IMG/VR virus record: IMGVR_UViG_3300048849_000138
Span: 1 to 33,010 of that record
DNA length: 33,010 nt
Source: a virus
Lineage: Duplodnaviria > Caudoviricetes
Reading direction: 5' to 3' (one strand)
Shown: positions 8,604 through 18,047 of the stretch, in pieces
Layout of the letters: every line of letters begins with the position of its first letter
Numbering within the stretch: the first letter of the stretch is position 1
Translations under genes and position numbers: made by a program
Notes under the pieces: generated by a model
The model's database searches: none
What the model was told of the DNA's origin: nothing
The model's input: the letters and a program-made list of their open reading frames with translations, nothing else

Positions 8604-8870
8604 TTACTCCGTGGTCGCGGTCGCCGCCACCGGCGCCAGCTCGAAGCCGGTGTAGGCCAGTTGGGCGTTCAGCGACGCCAGCACCTCGGCGCTGAGGTCA
8701 GACGCGATGACCAGCTGCTGCTGCTGGACCGGGAAACCGACCTGCTTGCCGGCGTCGTCCACGAGCACCTGGGTTGTCGTCATGACGACGTTCAGGGGCT
8801 GGCCGCCGTTGCCCTGCGCGGCGTTGGGCACGCTGATGGTGAGGCCGGAGAGCATGCTGATGCGTTTCAT
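8604..8870 (-). CDS. Small tail-associated protein, 88 aa
   Basis: ATG 8870 (MKRISMLSGLTISV) with an upstream AAGGA; fills the gap between two tail genes. Confidence 0.65.
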   Translation of the reverse strand: MKRISMLSGLTISVPNAAQGNGGQPLNVVMTTTQVLVDDAGKQVGFPVQQQQLVIASDLSAEVLASLNAQLAYTGFELAPVAATATTE

Positions 8871-8896
8871 AGTTGGAGATCCTTTTCCGTGGGTGA

Positions 8897-9838
8897 TCAG
8901 GCGAGCGCGCCGAATTCGATGGTGGTGGTGTGCTCGACGCCGTCGATCGTGAACTTGCACCAGCGGCGCGTGCTGGCGAGCACGACGCGCCCGCCAGTCG
9001 CCCCGCCCAGCGACCCGTTGATCGAGAGCAGGTTGTTGGCGTAGATGTTCGGCGCCGTGACGTCGTTGTTGGAGTAGAGGTTCGCAGCGGTCAGCGAGCC
9101 CGCGCAGGACACGTTGGTGGTGATCTGCCCGCTGATGCCGAGGTTGAATACGCCCGTGGTGCCTCGGGCCGTGATGTTGTTGATGTCGAGGCTTGCACCC
9201 GCCGCGTTGATGCTCTTGTCGATGTTCACGTAGGTGAGCCAGGCCGTCGCCTTCACGAACAGGTCCCACGTGTCGACGTAGACCGATGCCTCGGCCTTCT
9301 CGAAGGTCACCACGTTGGTGGTGAACCGGCCGCCGACGAACGTGTTGCCGACGAACTCGCTGCCGGTGAACTTCCCACCGGTGAACTCCTTGCCGAAGAA
9401 CGAGCCGCCGATGAGATTCTCGGCAGCCACAGTTCCGCTGTAGATGATCCCGGCGGCCAGCGTTCCGACGCCGAGCTCGTCGGCGTAAACCGTCGAGCGC
9501 GTCGCCAGCGCGCCGAGGCCGGACACCTCACCCGCCAGCACGCTGTTGCGCAGCGCCAGCGAGCCGAGTCCCGTGACGTTGCCGGCCGCCAGCTTGTTCG
9601 CCTGGAACATCAGCGTGCCGTCGGTGCCGCGGATCTGGTCCGTGTACAGCGTCGACGTCCGCAGCACCGTTGCCGAGACGATCTTCGAACCATCCGCGCC
9701 CGTCACCGTGCCCGGCAAAGCCCCGGTCCCCAGCTGCGACGGCGGCACCACCACGGTGGGCGGCAGCGTGACCGGCTCGGCGCGAACAACCGCCGCCTGC
9801 AGGATCTTGTCGCGCGCGTTGCGTACCGAGGTCGTCAT
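8897..9838 (-). CDS. Tail spike / central fibre-like beta-helical protein, 313 aa
   Basis: ATG 9838 overlaps the upstream stop (ATGA); two VxGLGxLA repeats and pentapeptide repeats GSFFG-KEFTG-GKFTG-SEFVG-NTFVG. Confidence 0.65.
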   Translation of the reverse strand: MTTSVRNARDKILQAAVVRAEPVTLPPTVVVPPSQLGTGALPGTVTGADGSKIVSATVLRTSTLYTDQIRGTDGTLMFQANKLAAGNVTGLGSLALRNSVLAGEVSGLGALATRSTVYADELGVGTLAAGIIYSGTVAAENLIGGSFFGKEFTGGKFTGSEFVGNTFVGGRFTTNVVTFEKAEASVYVDTWDLFVKATAWLTYVNIDKSINAAGASLDINNITARGTTGVFNLGISGQITTNVSCAGSLTAANLYSNNDVTAPNIYANNLLSINGSLGGATGGRVVLASTRRWCKFTIDGVEHTTTIEFGALA

Positions 9839-11292
9839 ACCAGCACCTCGACGCCCACCTGGCGCTTCGTCCAATCCGTCTTGATGCCCACCACCATGCC
9901 GGTGACGCCCGCATTCATTCCGAACCGGTCACGAATGATCGTCAGCGGCTGGCCGAGCTCGAGCGACATCAGCGGCGCGAAGGCACCGAATGGGTAGAGC
10001 GTGCGGGGCACCGACCACAGCGCCAACCGGCGCGCGGCCTCGGCCTTCGCGTCGGCCTCTTCCAGCAAGAGCGTGTCGACCCGTTCGGGTTCGCCATGCA
10101 ACCGATACAGCGCCGCGACGGCCGCATCGTTCGCCGTCGCCTCCAGGTACTCGTCCTCGTACAGCTTCCGATGCGCCGCCGGGATGCCGGTTTCCAGCGA
10201 CTGCTGGACCGTCCAGCACCGCGCGTAGCCGAGCCGCACGCCGGCGCGGACCTCGGTGCGGTTGCCGGGCTTGAACGTGCGATCGATCATCTCGTCGCTG
10301 CTGACGCGCCGCGCGGCGCCAGCGGCCGGCAGGTCGATCTTCAGCAGCCGCAGCTGCCCGGCCCGCGACATCGCCAGCTGCGCGCCAACGCTGGCCGCCA
10401 GCTGCTGGCACACAGCCAGCACGTTCGCGCGATCCGCGATCCAGATGCCTACCGGTTGCGGATGCGCGGCGGCGAACGCAGCGAAGTTCGCCAGGTCGAT
10501 GTCAGCCAGCGTGAGCCGGTCCTCGACGGTGCCGTACTCGGTGGCAAGCCGCTGCACGATGCCGGCCACCGTGTTCACGTAGCCACCGGTGCCGGCCGCG
10601 CCCTGCACGCTCGCCGTGATCTGCCCCGCCGCAGACTTGGCCAGCCTGAACTTGCCGGTGGCCGGCGTGGCGGTGAACAGCACCGGCATGCCGTTGTCGC
10701 GAACCTCGATCACGCCCTCGATCGGGCCGTCGTGGACTTGGTACTCGTGGTGCGCCTCGTCGACGAGCAGCGGCGCCACGTTGAACACCTCGCCGAAGGA
10801 ATGCGGCAGCAGCACGTCCTTGTTCACGCCCTCCCCGCCGATCGTCGCCTCGCTCAGCGGCGTGTTCAGTCGCTGCAGCTTGTCGCGCAGCGCCAGGTTC
10901 AAAACGCCCTGGTCGCGGGCGCCGATGTCGTCGATCGTGCCGGCGAAGATCTGCCGGAACTGCTCGCGCGGCCAGCGCGCGTCACCGATGAACACCTCGA
11001 CGCCGCGGTTGCGCCACACATCGCGCAGCCACGTGTCGCGCTCCCCGTCCGCGTTGTCGATCTCGATGCTGCCCGTCGACAGAGACGGCTGCCCATCCAG
11101 CGGCAGCGTCTCGTCGAACGTGATCCCACCACGGATGATCGGCAGGTACGGCACGCCGGTGGCCGTGGAGAACGCGCGGTCAGACAGCAATCGCACCACC
11201 TCCACGCCCGCCACCGACGCGCCGGCCTCAACCAGGACGACACGCACCGCGGCTTGGCTGCCAAGCCATGCCAGGAACTGTTCATCCGTCAT
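9835..11292 (-). CDS. Tail tip hub protein, 485 aa
   Basis: Directly after the tape measure with ATGA overlap; P-x-x-FGEVFNV-x-P and LELGQPLTI...RFG motifs typical of siphophage hub/Tal-like proteins. Confidence 0.7.
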   Translation of the reverse strand: MTDEQFLAWLGSQAAVRVVLVEAGASVAGVEVVRLLSDRAFSTATGVPYLPIIRGGITFDETLPLDGQPSLSTGSIEIDNADGERDTWLRDVWRNRGVEVFIGDARWPREQFRQIFAGTIDDIGARDQGVLNLALRDKLQRLNTPLSEATIGGEGVNKDVLLPHSFGEVFNVAPLLVDEAHHEYQVHDGPIEGVIEVRDNGMPVLFTATPATGKFRLAKSAAGQITASVQGAAGTGGYVNTVAGIVQRLATEYGTVEDRLTLADIDLANFAAFAAAHPQPVGIWIADRANVLAVCQQLAASVGAQLAMSRAGQLRLLKIDLPAAGAARRVSSDEMIDRTFKPGNRTEVRAGVRLGYARCWTVQQSLETGIPAAHRKLYEDEYLEATANDAAVAALYRLHGEPERVDTLLLEEADAKAEAARRLALWSVPRTLYPFGAFAPLMSLELGQPLTIIRDRFGMNAGVTGMVVGIKTDWTKRQVGVEVLV

Positions 11293-14200
11293 GCGATTTC
11301 CACCTTGCGTTGCGACGCCGCGAAGGCGCCCTCGTTGACCGACTGCTCGACCGTCGTTGCGACGTGCTCGGCACCAGCAGCAACCGTTGCGGCCACGCGT
11401 TCCGCACTTTCACCGGTCGCTTTCACCAGCGCGGCGCGCAGATCGATGACCTCAGCGGTCAGCCCCTCCACCAGGCGCTCCAGGCGCGCGGTGTTGTTGC
11501 TGCTGGATCCGCCGCGGATCGCCGATGACAGCTGGTCGTTCGTGTAGACCCGCCCCGGCGTCGGCATGTCGAGCAGCTCCGGACCCTTCTCGCCCACCAG
11601 GATCAACCCGGTACCGGTCAGTCCCCCGCGTGCGTAGCCGGGGATGCCGGCCGCCTTGCCGATCTCCTTCTCGAACTGCGAGGCGTCAAGCCCGGTCGAC
11701 AGCCAGAACTCCCGGCCCGCCGCGTCCGGCACGCGGCCCAGCAGCTTCTTGTAGGCTGCGACCAGCGCTTGCTCGCGCGCGGCCACCGCCTGAAACTGCT
11801 GCTCCGTCGCGCCGTTCGCTGCCGCGTTGCTCCAGAACTCCAGCCCGCCGGCGTCTGCGTCGCGTCCGAGGTTGCCCTGGTACCAGCCCTGCACCTGGCT
11901 GGACGTGTTGAGCAGCGGCTGCAGCTGCGCCGCGATCTCGCCCGGCAAGCCCGCCAGCAACGACGCGACGTCGTCCAGCCGGCCCGCCTTGAGCGCGATC
12001 TTTTCCAGCCCGGCCATCTCGGACTGGGAAGCGGCCACCGCCTGCTGGTACTGCTTGTCCAGCGTGGTCCAGGCCCCATCGGCAATGCCGCGCAGCCGCT
12101 GCAGCTGGTCGAGCGACTCGCCGCCCACATCCAGCTGCTGCTGAGCGGTCGTCTGCGTTTTGACGCCCAGGCCATCCAATGCGCCGGTGACGCTGTCGAA
12201 GACGGCGGTGTAGTCGACACCCGAAGCGCTGTACCGGCGCTGCAGTTCCAGATAGGTTTGGGCGACGGCTTGCAGCTCCTGAAGCGCCTGCTGGTCGCCT
12301 CCCTGAGCCTTCGCCAGCTTCTCCTGATATTGCTTGCCGGCTTCGGCCAACTTCTCGCCCAGCGTGAGCGGCGAGAGGTCGCTGACCTTCAGGCCCTGCA
12401 CGTATTCGCGCAGGCTCTTGCCCAGCTCGACCAGCGACTGCAGGTTGCTTTTCTCGGTCTGATACCGATCCAGCACCAAGCTGGTGAGCTCGCCCGCGAG
12501 ATCGACCTGTTGTTCGAGCGATGCGGTTTGCATCGCCGCCCAAAGTTCCTGCTCGCGGCGCGCGGCGAACGCGCCAGTGCCGCCCAGCGCCTTGTCGATC
12601 GAGTCCACCGTCGAGCCCGCCGCGTTGCGGGTCGACAGCAGCGCGCTCGCACGCTGCGCGGCCTTCTGCACAGCCGCCAGCTGCGCTTCGAACGCGGCGA
12701 CCACGTCGGCCTTCTGCTTGTCGGCGTTCTGCTTGTTCTTGACCGCCGTGGCCTCGGACTGTGCCACCGTGTAGTCGGACCACTGCTTGAACGTGCCATT
12801 CAGGCTCAGCAGCGTCGCCAGCGCCTTCTGGCCCTCGGTGTCAGTCTCGCTCAGGCCATCCCGCAGCCCGTCGACCAGCGTCTTGAAGCCTTCTGCGGTG
12901 GTGGGCAACACCTGGCCCACCGACGCCGCCGTCTTCGACATGGCAGCGAACGTGTTCGCCATCCGATCGGCTTCGGGCGTGAAGTTCTCGTAGTAGCTGG
13001 TGAGGTTGGCTATCAGCGGCTCTGCGCCGCCGGCAGCTTCCACCAGCCCGGCTTTCAGGTCGTACGTCCACGTCTTCAGCTTGTCGAACGGCCCCTCCAG
13101 ACCATCGACGAACGCGCTAAATTGCGTGACGCCGGTCACCTGCAGCTGAACCTTGGCGAGCAGGTTCGTGACGGTGTCGTCGCTGAGCGATTCGGCATCG
13201 ATCCCGTCGACTAGCTTGCGCAATGCGTTCGGGATGTCGTCGGCCGCCTGCAGCGCCTGGATCTGCAACTGCTTCAGGTCCGTGGTCAGCAGGCCGGCCG
13301 CTGCTTCAGCGGTCAGCGTCTGCGGCGAGTTCCGCTCGTAGTAGGTGCCCTTGTAGTTGCTGCCCGATCCGTCCTCGCCGACCTTCAAGCCGTTGGACAG
13401 CGTTACGCCCGACATCACGCCGCCGCGGCCCTTCTCCGAGCCTTCGAACGCCGCGATCAGGCTGTTCACGCTGAGCGTCGAACCGACGCCCTTGAGCAGG
13501 CCGTTGATGCTCGATGCCGTGGCCGAGATAGCGGCGTTGACCGTACCTTCTTGGCCTGCGGTACCGCCGGATGGGCCGTGCATGAACTGCGCATTGCCAC
13601 CTGCCCAGGCGAACGTGCCGCCCGAGCGCTTCTCGCCCTTGAACGATCCGGACAGCAGTGCATAGGCAGCCAGCGCGGCACCGATATATGGCATCGCCGT
13701 GCCGATCGCAGACATCGCGCCGCTCATCGTGCTGGCCAAGGTGCCCGCGCCGGCAGCGCCAGCGCCAGCGCCGGCACCACCCACGGCGGCACCCATCCCC
13801 GTCGCCGTCAGGCCGGAACCTACGGTGGTGCCGATGGTGGCGCCGGTCACCGAGCCCAGCCCGGAGATGCCTGCGGCGCCCAGCGTGCCGGTGCCGAACG
13901 CACCAGTCCCAAGCGCCGTCATTGATGCCGCGCCAGCTGCGTTGGCACCGGCTAGGCCAGCGAAACCGGTAGCCGCGGCGCTGCCGCCGAGTGCAGCACC
14001 GGCGCCCACGCCGGCCCAGTTGCCGTTGCCAGCGATCAGGGCGCCAAGCCCGTCGCCGCCCATTGCCTGCACGCCGTTGGCGTACGCCATCGACGCGGTG
14101 GACGCGCCCGTGCTGTACCCACCGTAGGCCTGCATGGCGGCCTGGCCGTAATTGTTCGCGCTCGTCAGGCCGTTTAGCCAGCTGCTGCCGCCGCCGTTCG

Positions 14201-17042
14201 CATCGAGGATGCCGTTCTTGATCGACGAGTTGCCCGTGATCATGCCGGCGACGTTCGCCAGCACCGACACCACCATCGGCTTGGCGAAGGCCTGGTACAT
14301 GCTGTCCACGACCGTCGTCTTGAACGTCGTCGACAGGGACTTCGTGAACGCCTTCCACGTGCCCACGCCGCCGTTCACCATGTCGGCGAACCCTTCGCGG
14401 AACGTGTCGTTCACGTTGTCGATGGTTCGCGACCAGTCGGTGATCGTCTGCTGGCGCGCCCGGCGTTGTGCTTCGATCTGCGGACGGGCCGCCTGGTTCG
14501 CTTCCCAGGTGGCGAGGCCTTCGACCAACTTCCGTTTCTGGTCAGACCCGTCAGTCGCCGCATCGATCAGCGCCTGCCACTTCTGGCGCTCGATCTCCAC
14601 CAGGGCCTCGGCGTGCGCACGCTCGTCGAGGATGGCATCCGCCGCAAACCGCTGGTTCTCTTCGTACAGCTGCTGCGCGCCATGGGCGGCCAGCATGTTC
14701 GCTTCCGCCTGCCTTGCGTCACGCGCTGCGGCGGCGGTCTTCTCGTCCAGGAGGGCGATTTCCTCCTCGGTGAGGGTGATGCCCTTCTTCGCTTCGGCGT
14801 CACGCAGCTTGCGCGCGTCCGCCTCGACCTTCAGCCCGGCGGCCGCGATTCGCCGCTGGGCGTCGGTCTTGCCGTACAGCGAGTTTTCGCTGTTCAGCGC
14901 GGCGGCGGCGGCTTGCTTCTGCTCCTCCCACTGAACCACCTGCTGCCCGATGTCTGCAGCGAACTGATCTCGGATGCCCTGCACGTTGGCCTGGTGCTGG
15001 GCCTCGTTCTGTTCGATCTCCTGCTGGATCTTCGCCACGCGGCCCTTGGCCTGCTCGCGCGCCGCCAGCTCATTCTTGCCGCTGGCTGCCTCGACTTCCT
15101 TCTGAGCAATGCCCAGTTGGCGTGCCAGCGACGACGCGCGCAGCGTGTACTCATTGTCGTAGAACTGCTGCAGGTCGGTGACGCCGGTCTCGCGCAGCTT
15201 CTTCTGCTCGTCGAGCGAAGCCTTCAGCGCCGATTCTTCGGCTTGCTGCTGCGTACGCAAGGCTGCGAGCCGGCCGTTGATGGCATTCTGGCCCGCCGCG
15301 CTGGCCGACTTGTCCTCGTACTTCTTGCGGGTTTCCGCTTCTCGAGCAGCGATCGCTGCCGGCGTGATGAAGTCGCTGTCCGGGTTGGTCGCGCGGATCG
15401 CCGCTTCGTCGGCCTTGTTCTTCCGTAGCTCCGCGCTGAGGGCCTTCGCCTTATCGATCTGAAGGTCGAGTTGACCGAGGCGACGTTGGGCGTCGATCGA
15501 CCGCTGTTCGGCTAGGGCCTTCTCTTCCTTGCTGCGGCCCTCCGTATACTCTTTCGCGGATCGTTCCTGCAACGCCATCAGGTGCGCACGCGCGTCCCGC
15601 AGGCTGGTGAGGGTGGTACCAGCGAGCACGCCATTGCCGAGCGCCTTCGCGTTCGCATAGGCCTTCTGGAAGTCGTTGACCGTGTCGATCTGTTCCCTGA
15701 TCTCATCGGCCAGCGTCTTCGGCCGGCCGATGTTCAGGAATGCATCCCACGCCTCGCCGGCGTCCTTCTTCGCCAGTCGCCACGCGCGAGCGAAGAGACC
15801 GATGTTCTCGACGATTTCGCCACTGCGCGACTGGAGCGCGTCGGCATAGGCCTGCTGCGCAAGCGTGGCGGCCTCGGTTGTCTTGCCCTGCTGCTCCAGC
15901 GCGGCGATCTGCTCGAAGGTTCGAGCGGTGAGGAAGTGATATTTCTCGTTCAGTTCGGCGATGGCCTTCGAAGGCGCATCGCCCAGCTTCACGAAGTCGG
16001 CCACAAGGTCGGTGACGGCCTGGCCCGTGACCTTGGTGCCGGCGACCACGCCTCCGAGCGCCACTTCGATTTGACGCCCGCTCAGTCGTCCGGTCGCCGC
16101 AAGTTCCTGAGCCGCCTCTCGCGCGGTACCGTACTCGCCCGTCGCGCGGCCTACCTGCGCGGCGAGTTCCTGCATCTGCCCGGCGCTCATCCCGGCGGCG
16201 TGGCCTGTCGCAATTACGGCATTGCGCAATGCGTCCGTTTGCTGCGAACCGGTCACGAACGCGTAACCGACCGCGCCGAGAGCAGCAGCCGCTGCGCCAA
16301 GGCCGACCACCATAGGCGTGAGTGCGGCGCCTATGCCGGCGAACATGGCCGCGAAGCTGCCGAACATATCGCGGGTTTGCAGGCCCTGCTGCAAGAACGG
16401 AAGGAAGACGCCCTGCCCGCTCGCGATCTGCGTGAACAGATCACTGAACTGGGCCGGCAGCATGCGCATCGCCTGCGACGTCTGCCCCGCAGACGCACCA
16501 ACCCGACCGAAGTTGGCTTCGGATTCCTTCAGCCTGGCGATCAGGGGCGCCGCTTGAGCAGTCACGCCCAGCTCTGCGGCTTTCATTTCCAGCAACTGCG
16601 CGGAGGTCTTCCCGATCGCGTTCGCGCGCGCATTCAGAGAGGCCACGAACGCGGCTCCGTCTGCTGCGTTTTTCTCTGCTGCCGAGGCGGCTTGGGCCGC
16701 GGCCGTGACTTCGCGCCAACGTTGGATCAGCGGTTCGGCGGCCTGGCTGACGCCAAGCATCGCTGCGCGCAGCTCCAGCTGCTGGTCGCGAGTCTTGCCA
16801 AGCATCGCGTTTTCGCGCTCGAGGGCGGAGAGGAAACGTTGGCCGGCACTTTCCTGGGCTTGGTGGGCCAGGGTGGTCTGCTTGACGGAGGCCGTGTAGG
16901 CCATGGCGGCCTGCGTCGCCTGCCCGAGAGCGGCGGCGGACGACGCGCCATATTCCAGGGCGAAACGCGCCGCTTCTGCATAGCCGCGCTGCGCGGCAGT
17001 ACCGTCGACGGTCAAGGCCACAGAAATTTTTCGATCAGCCAT
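11289..17042 (-). CDS. Tail tape measure protein, 1917 aa
   Basis: Lambda H-type N-terminal motif AMRMLPAQFSDLFTQIASGQ...QQG, Ala-rich helical body, C-terminal YARGG...VGEKGPEL motif; follows the G/T chaperones. Confidence 0.95.
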   Translation of the reverse strand: MADRKISVALTVDGTAAQRGYAEAARFALEYGASSAAALGQATQAAMAYTASVKQTTLAHQAQESAGQRFLSALERENAMLGKTRDQQLELRAAMLGVSQAAEPLIQRWREVTAAAQAASAAEKNAADGAAFVASLNARANAIGKTSAQLLEMKAAELGVTAQAAPLIARLKESEANFGRVGASAGQTSQAMRMLPAQFSDLFTQIASGQGVFLPFLQQGLQTRDMFGSFAAMFAGIGAALTPMVVGLGAAAAALGAVGYAFVTGSQQTDALRNAVIATGHAAGMSAGQMQELAAQVGRATGEYGTAREAAQELAATGRLSGRQIEVALGGVVAGTKVTGQAVTDLVADFVKLGDAPSKAIAELNEKYHFLTARTFEQIAALEQQGKTTEAATLAQQAYADALQSRSGEIVENIGLFARAWRLAKKDAGEAWDAFLNIGRPKTLADEIREQIDTVNDFQKAYANAKALGNGVLAGTTLTSLRDARAHLMALQERSAKEYTEGRSKEEKALAEQRSIDAQRRLGQLDLQIDKAKALSAELRKNKADEAAIRATNPDSDFITPAAIAAREAETRKKYEDKSASAAGQNAINGRLAALRTQQQAEESALKASLDEQKKLRETGVTDLQQFYDNEYTLRASSLARQLGIAQKEVEAASGKNELAAREQAKGRVAKIQQEIEQNEAQHQANVQGIRDQFAADIGQQVVQWEEQKQAAAAALNSENSLYGKTDAQRRIAAAGLKVEADARKLRDAEAKKGITLTEEEIALLDEKTAAAARDARQAEANMLAAHGAQQLYEENQRFAADAILDERAHAEALVEIERQKWQALIDAATDGSDQKRKLVEGLATWEANQAARPQIEAQRRARQQTITDWSRTIDNVNDTFREGFADMVNGGVGTWKAFTKSLSTTFKTTVVDSMYQAFAKPMVVSVLANVAGMITGNSSIKNGILDANGGGSSWLNGLTSANNYGQAAMQAYGGYSTGASTASMAYANGVQAMGGDGLGALIAGNGNWAGVGAGAALGGSAAATGFAGLAGANAAGAASMTALGTGAFGTGTLGAAGISGLGSVTGATIGTTVGSGLTATGMGAAVGGAGAGAGAAGAGTLASTMSGAMSAIGTAMPYIGAALAAYALLSGSFKGEKRSGGTFAWAGGNAQFMHGPSGGTAGQEGTVNAAISATASSINGLLKGVGSTLSVNSLIAAFEGSEKGRGGVMSGVTLSNGLKVGEDGSGSNYKGTYYERNSPQTLTAEAAAGLLTTDLKQLQIQALQAADDIPNALRKLVDGIDAESLSDDTVTNLLAKVQLQVTGVTQFSAFVDGLEGPFDKLKTWTYDLKAGLVEAAGGAEPLIANLTSYYENFTPEADRMANTFAAMSKTAASVGQVLPTTAEGFKTLVDGLRDGLSETDTEGQKALATLLSLNGTFKQWSDYTVAQSEATAVKNKQNADKQKADVVAAFEAQLAAVQKAAQRASALLSTRNAAGSTVDSIDKALGGTGAFAARREQELWAAMQTASLEQQVDLAGELTSLVLDRYQTEKSNLQSLVELGKSLREYVQGLKVSDLSPLTLGEKLAEAGKQYQEKLAKAQGGDQQALQELQAVAQTYLELQRRYSASGVDYTAVFDSVTGALDGLGVKTQTTAQQQLDVGGESLDQLQRLRGIADGAWTTLDKQYQQAVAASQSEMAGLEKIALKAGRLDDVASLLAGLPGEIAAQLQPLLNTSSQVQGWYQGNLGRDADAGGLEFWSNAAANGATEQQFQAVAAREQALVAAYKKLLGRVPDAAGREFWLSTGLDASQFEKEIGKAAGIPGYARGGLTGTGLILVGEKGPELLDMPTPGRVYTNDQLSSAIRGGSSSNNTARLERLVEGLTAEVIDLRAALVKATGESAERVAATVAAGAEHVATTVEQSVNEGAFAASQRKVEIA

Positions 17043-17057
17043 AGCCCACCAAAGGAA

Positions 17058-17106
17058 ACGGCCCGCCGCAGCGAGCCGTAAAAAGAAAACCGCCCGTCGG
17101 GGCGGT
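17058..17106 (-). terminator. Two tandem terminator-like hairpins before the tape measure
   Basis: Minus strand ACCGCCC-CGAC-GGGCGGT-TTTCTTTTT, then ACGGCTCGC-TGCG-GCGGGCCGT-TTCCTTT. Confidence 0.7.
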
Positions 17107-17126
17107 CGTATTTCATCGGTGCGTCG

Positions 17127-17489
17127 TCACGCAGCGGCAAACACCTCGAGAGCCGCCCGTTCCATCTGCCGTATCCATGCGAACCACAGTTGCCGCTTGC
17201 TCGCCGGCACGCCAAGCAAGTCCATCGTCGCCGGCACCGCGCCGTAGTCGATGCCAACGCGCTGGCTCTCCATGCCCGCGAACCGCCACTGCGAGCCAAG
17301 CGCGAGGAACAGGTCGACCACCGGCCAGTTCTCTGGCCAGACCTCGAACGCCTCGCTGCCCGCCCGCTTTTGATACTCCGCGATCACGTGTTCGGGGACA
17401 CGTTGGCGGCGCATGCTCTCGATGGTTTCGCGGGTGGCGGTGATGCCGTTCGGTCGCTCACCCGCCCACCACCGCGCTGCGCCGATCAG
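17127..17489 (-). CDS. gpT-like part of the tail assembly chaperone (reached by -1 frameshift)
   Basis: FEVWPENWPVVDLF...QWR...GIDYGAV...IRQMERAAL motif (DUF1799-like); the frame is open back to the slippery site (LIGAARWWAGERPNG...ESMRRQ). Confidence 0.85.
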   Translation of the reverse strand: MIGAARWWAGERPNGITATRETIESMRRQRVPEHVIAEYQKRAGSEAFEVWPENWPVVDLFLALGSQWRFAGMESQRVGIDYGAVPATMDLLGVPASKRQLWFAWIRQMERAALEVFAAA

Positions 17490-17929
17490 TTTTTTTCGCG
17501 CGCCTCGCCGGCGTGCACCGTTTTCTTCCCGCGCGGCACAGCGGCGTGCACGCGGTGGAAGGCATCAGCGAGCGGAACGACGGACTCGGGCCAGTCTTCG
17601 ATGAAGCTGGCCAGTTCGTCCTTCGAGAACTCGCGGTCCACATGCACCCAGCCGGCCATCCGCTCTTGCAAGAACTGGACGTCGGTCTCGAACGGGGGCT
17701 GGTGCACCTCGCCGGTCGGCAAGCCGTCCTCGCCCACGAGCGGCTTGCCGTTGTCGTCGAGCACCAGCAGGCCGATGCGGTTCAGCTTCGTGACGAGTTC
17801 CTGGTAGGCCGTGCGCTTCATGCGGTGGAATTGCGCGATGAACTTGACCGTCTGGACTTCGCCATTCGGGCCCAGGACGTCGAACTCGACTTCGGTGCCA
17901 GCGACGGGATTGCGTGCGGTGATCAGCAT
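17486..17929 (-). CDS. Tail assembly chaperone gpG-like, 147 aa
   Basis: ATG 17929 with GAGG SD; lies between tail tube and tape measure; ends REKN-stop on the slippery heptamer. Confidence 0.85.
   Translation of the reverse strand: MLITARNPVAGTEVEFDVLGPNGEVQTVKFIAQFHRMKRTAYQELVTKLNRIGLLVLDDNGKPLVGEDGLPTGEVHQPPFETDVQFLQERMAGWVHVDREFSKDELASFIEDWPESVVPLADAFHRVHAAVPRGKKTVHAGEAREKN
17489..17495 (-). other. -1 programmed ribosomal frameshift site A_AAA_AAC
   Basis: Minus strand GAA AAA AAC TGA; the -1 frame runs without a stop into the 17127-17414 ORF. Confidence 0.9.
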
Positions 17930-17981
17930 GTTGTGCCTCGATGATGTGCGCCCGCTCGTCGGCGGGCTGAATGTGGGGAAG

Positions 17982-18007
17982 AAAAAGAACCCGGCGGGGA
18001 GGCCGGG
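17982..18007 (-). terminator. Intrinsic terminator after the tail tube gene
   Basis: Minus strand CCCGGC-CTCCCC-GCCGGG-TTCTTTTT. Confidence 0.7.
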
Positions 18008-18047
18008 CAAAGGAGGCGGCCACCGGCAGGCGGTAGCCGGCCAGGGC

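Noticed and set aside
5034-9044. 1336-aa plus-strand ORF and the many other long plus-strand or alternative-frame ORFs
   Set aside because: Arg/Gly/Ala-rich shadows of high-GC minus-strand genes; no motifs, and fully overlapping well-supported tail, head or lysis genes.
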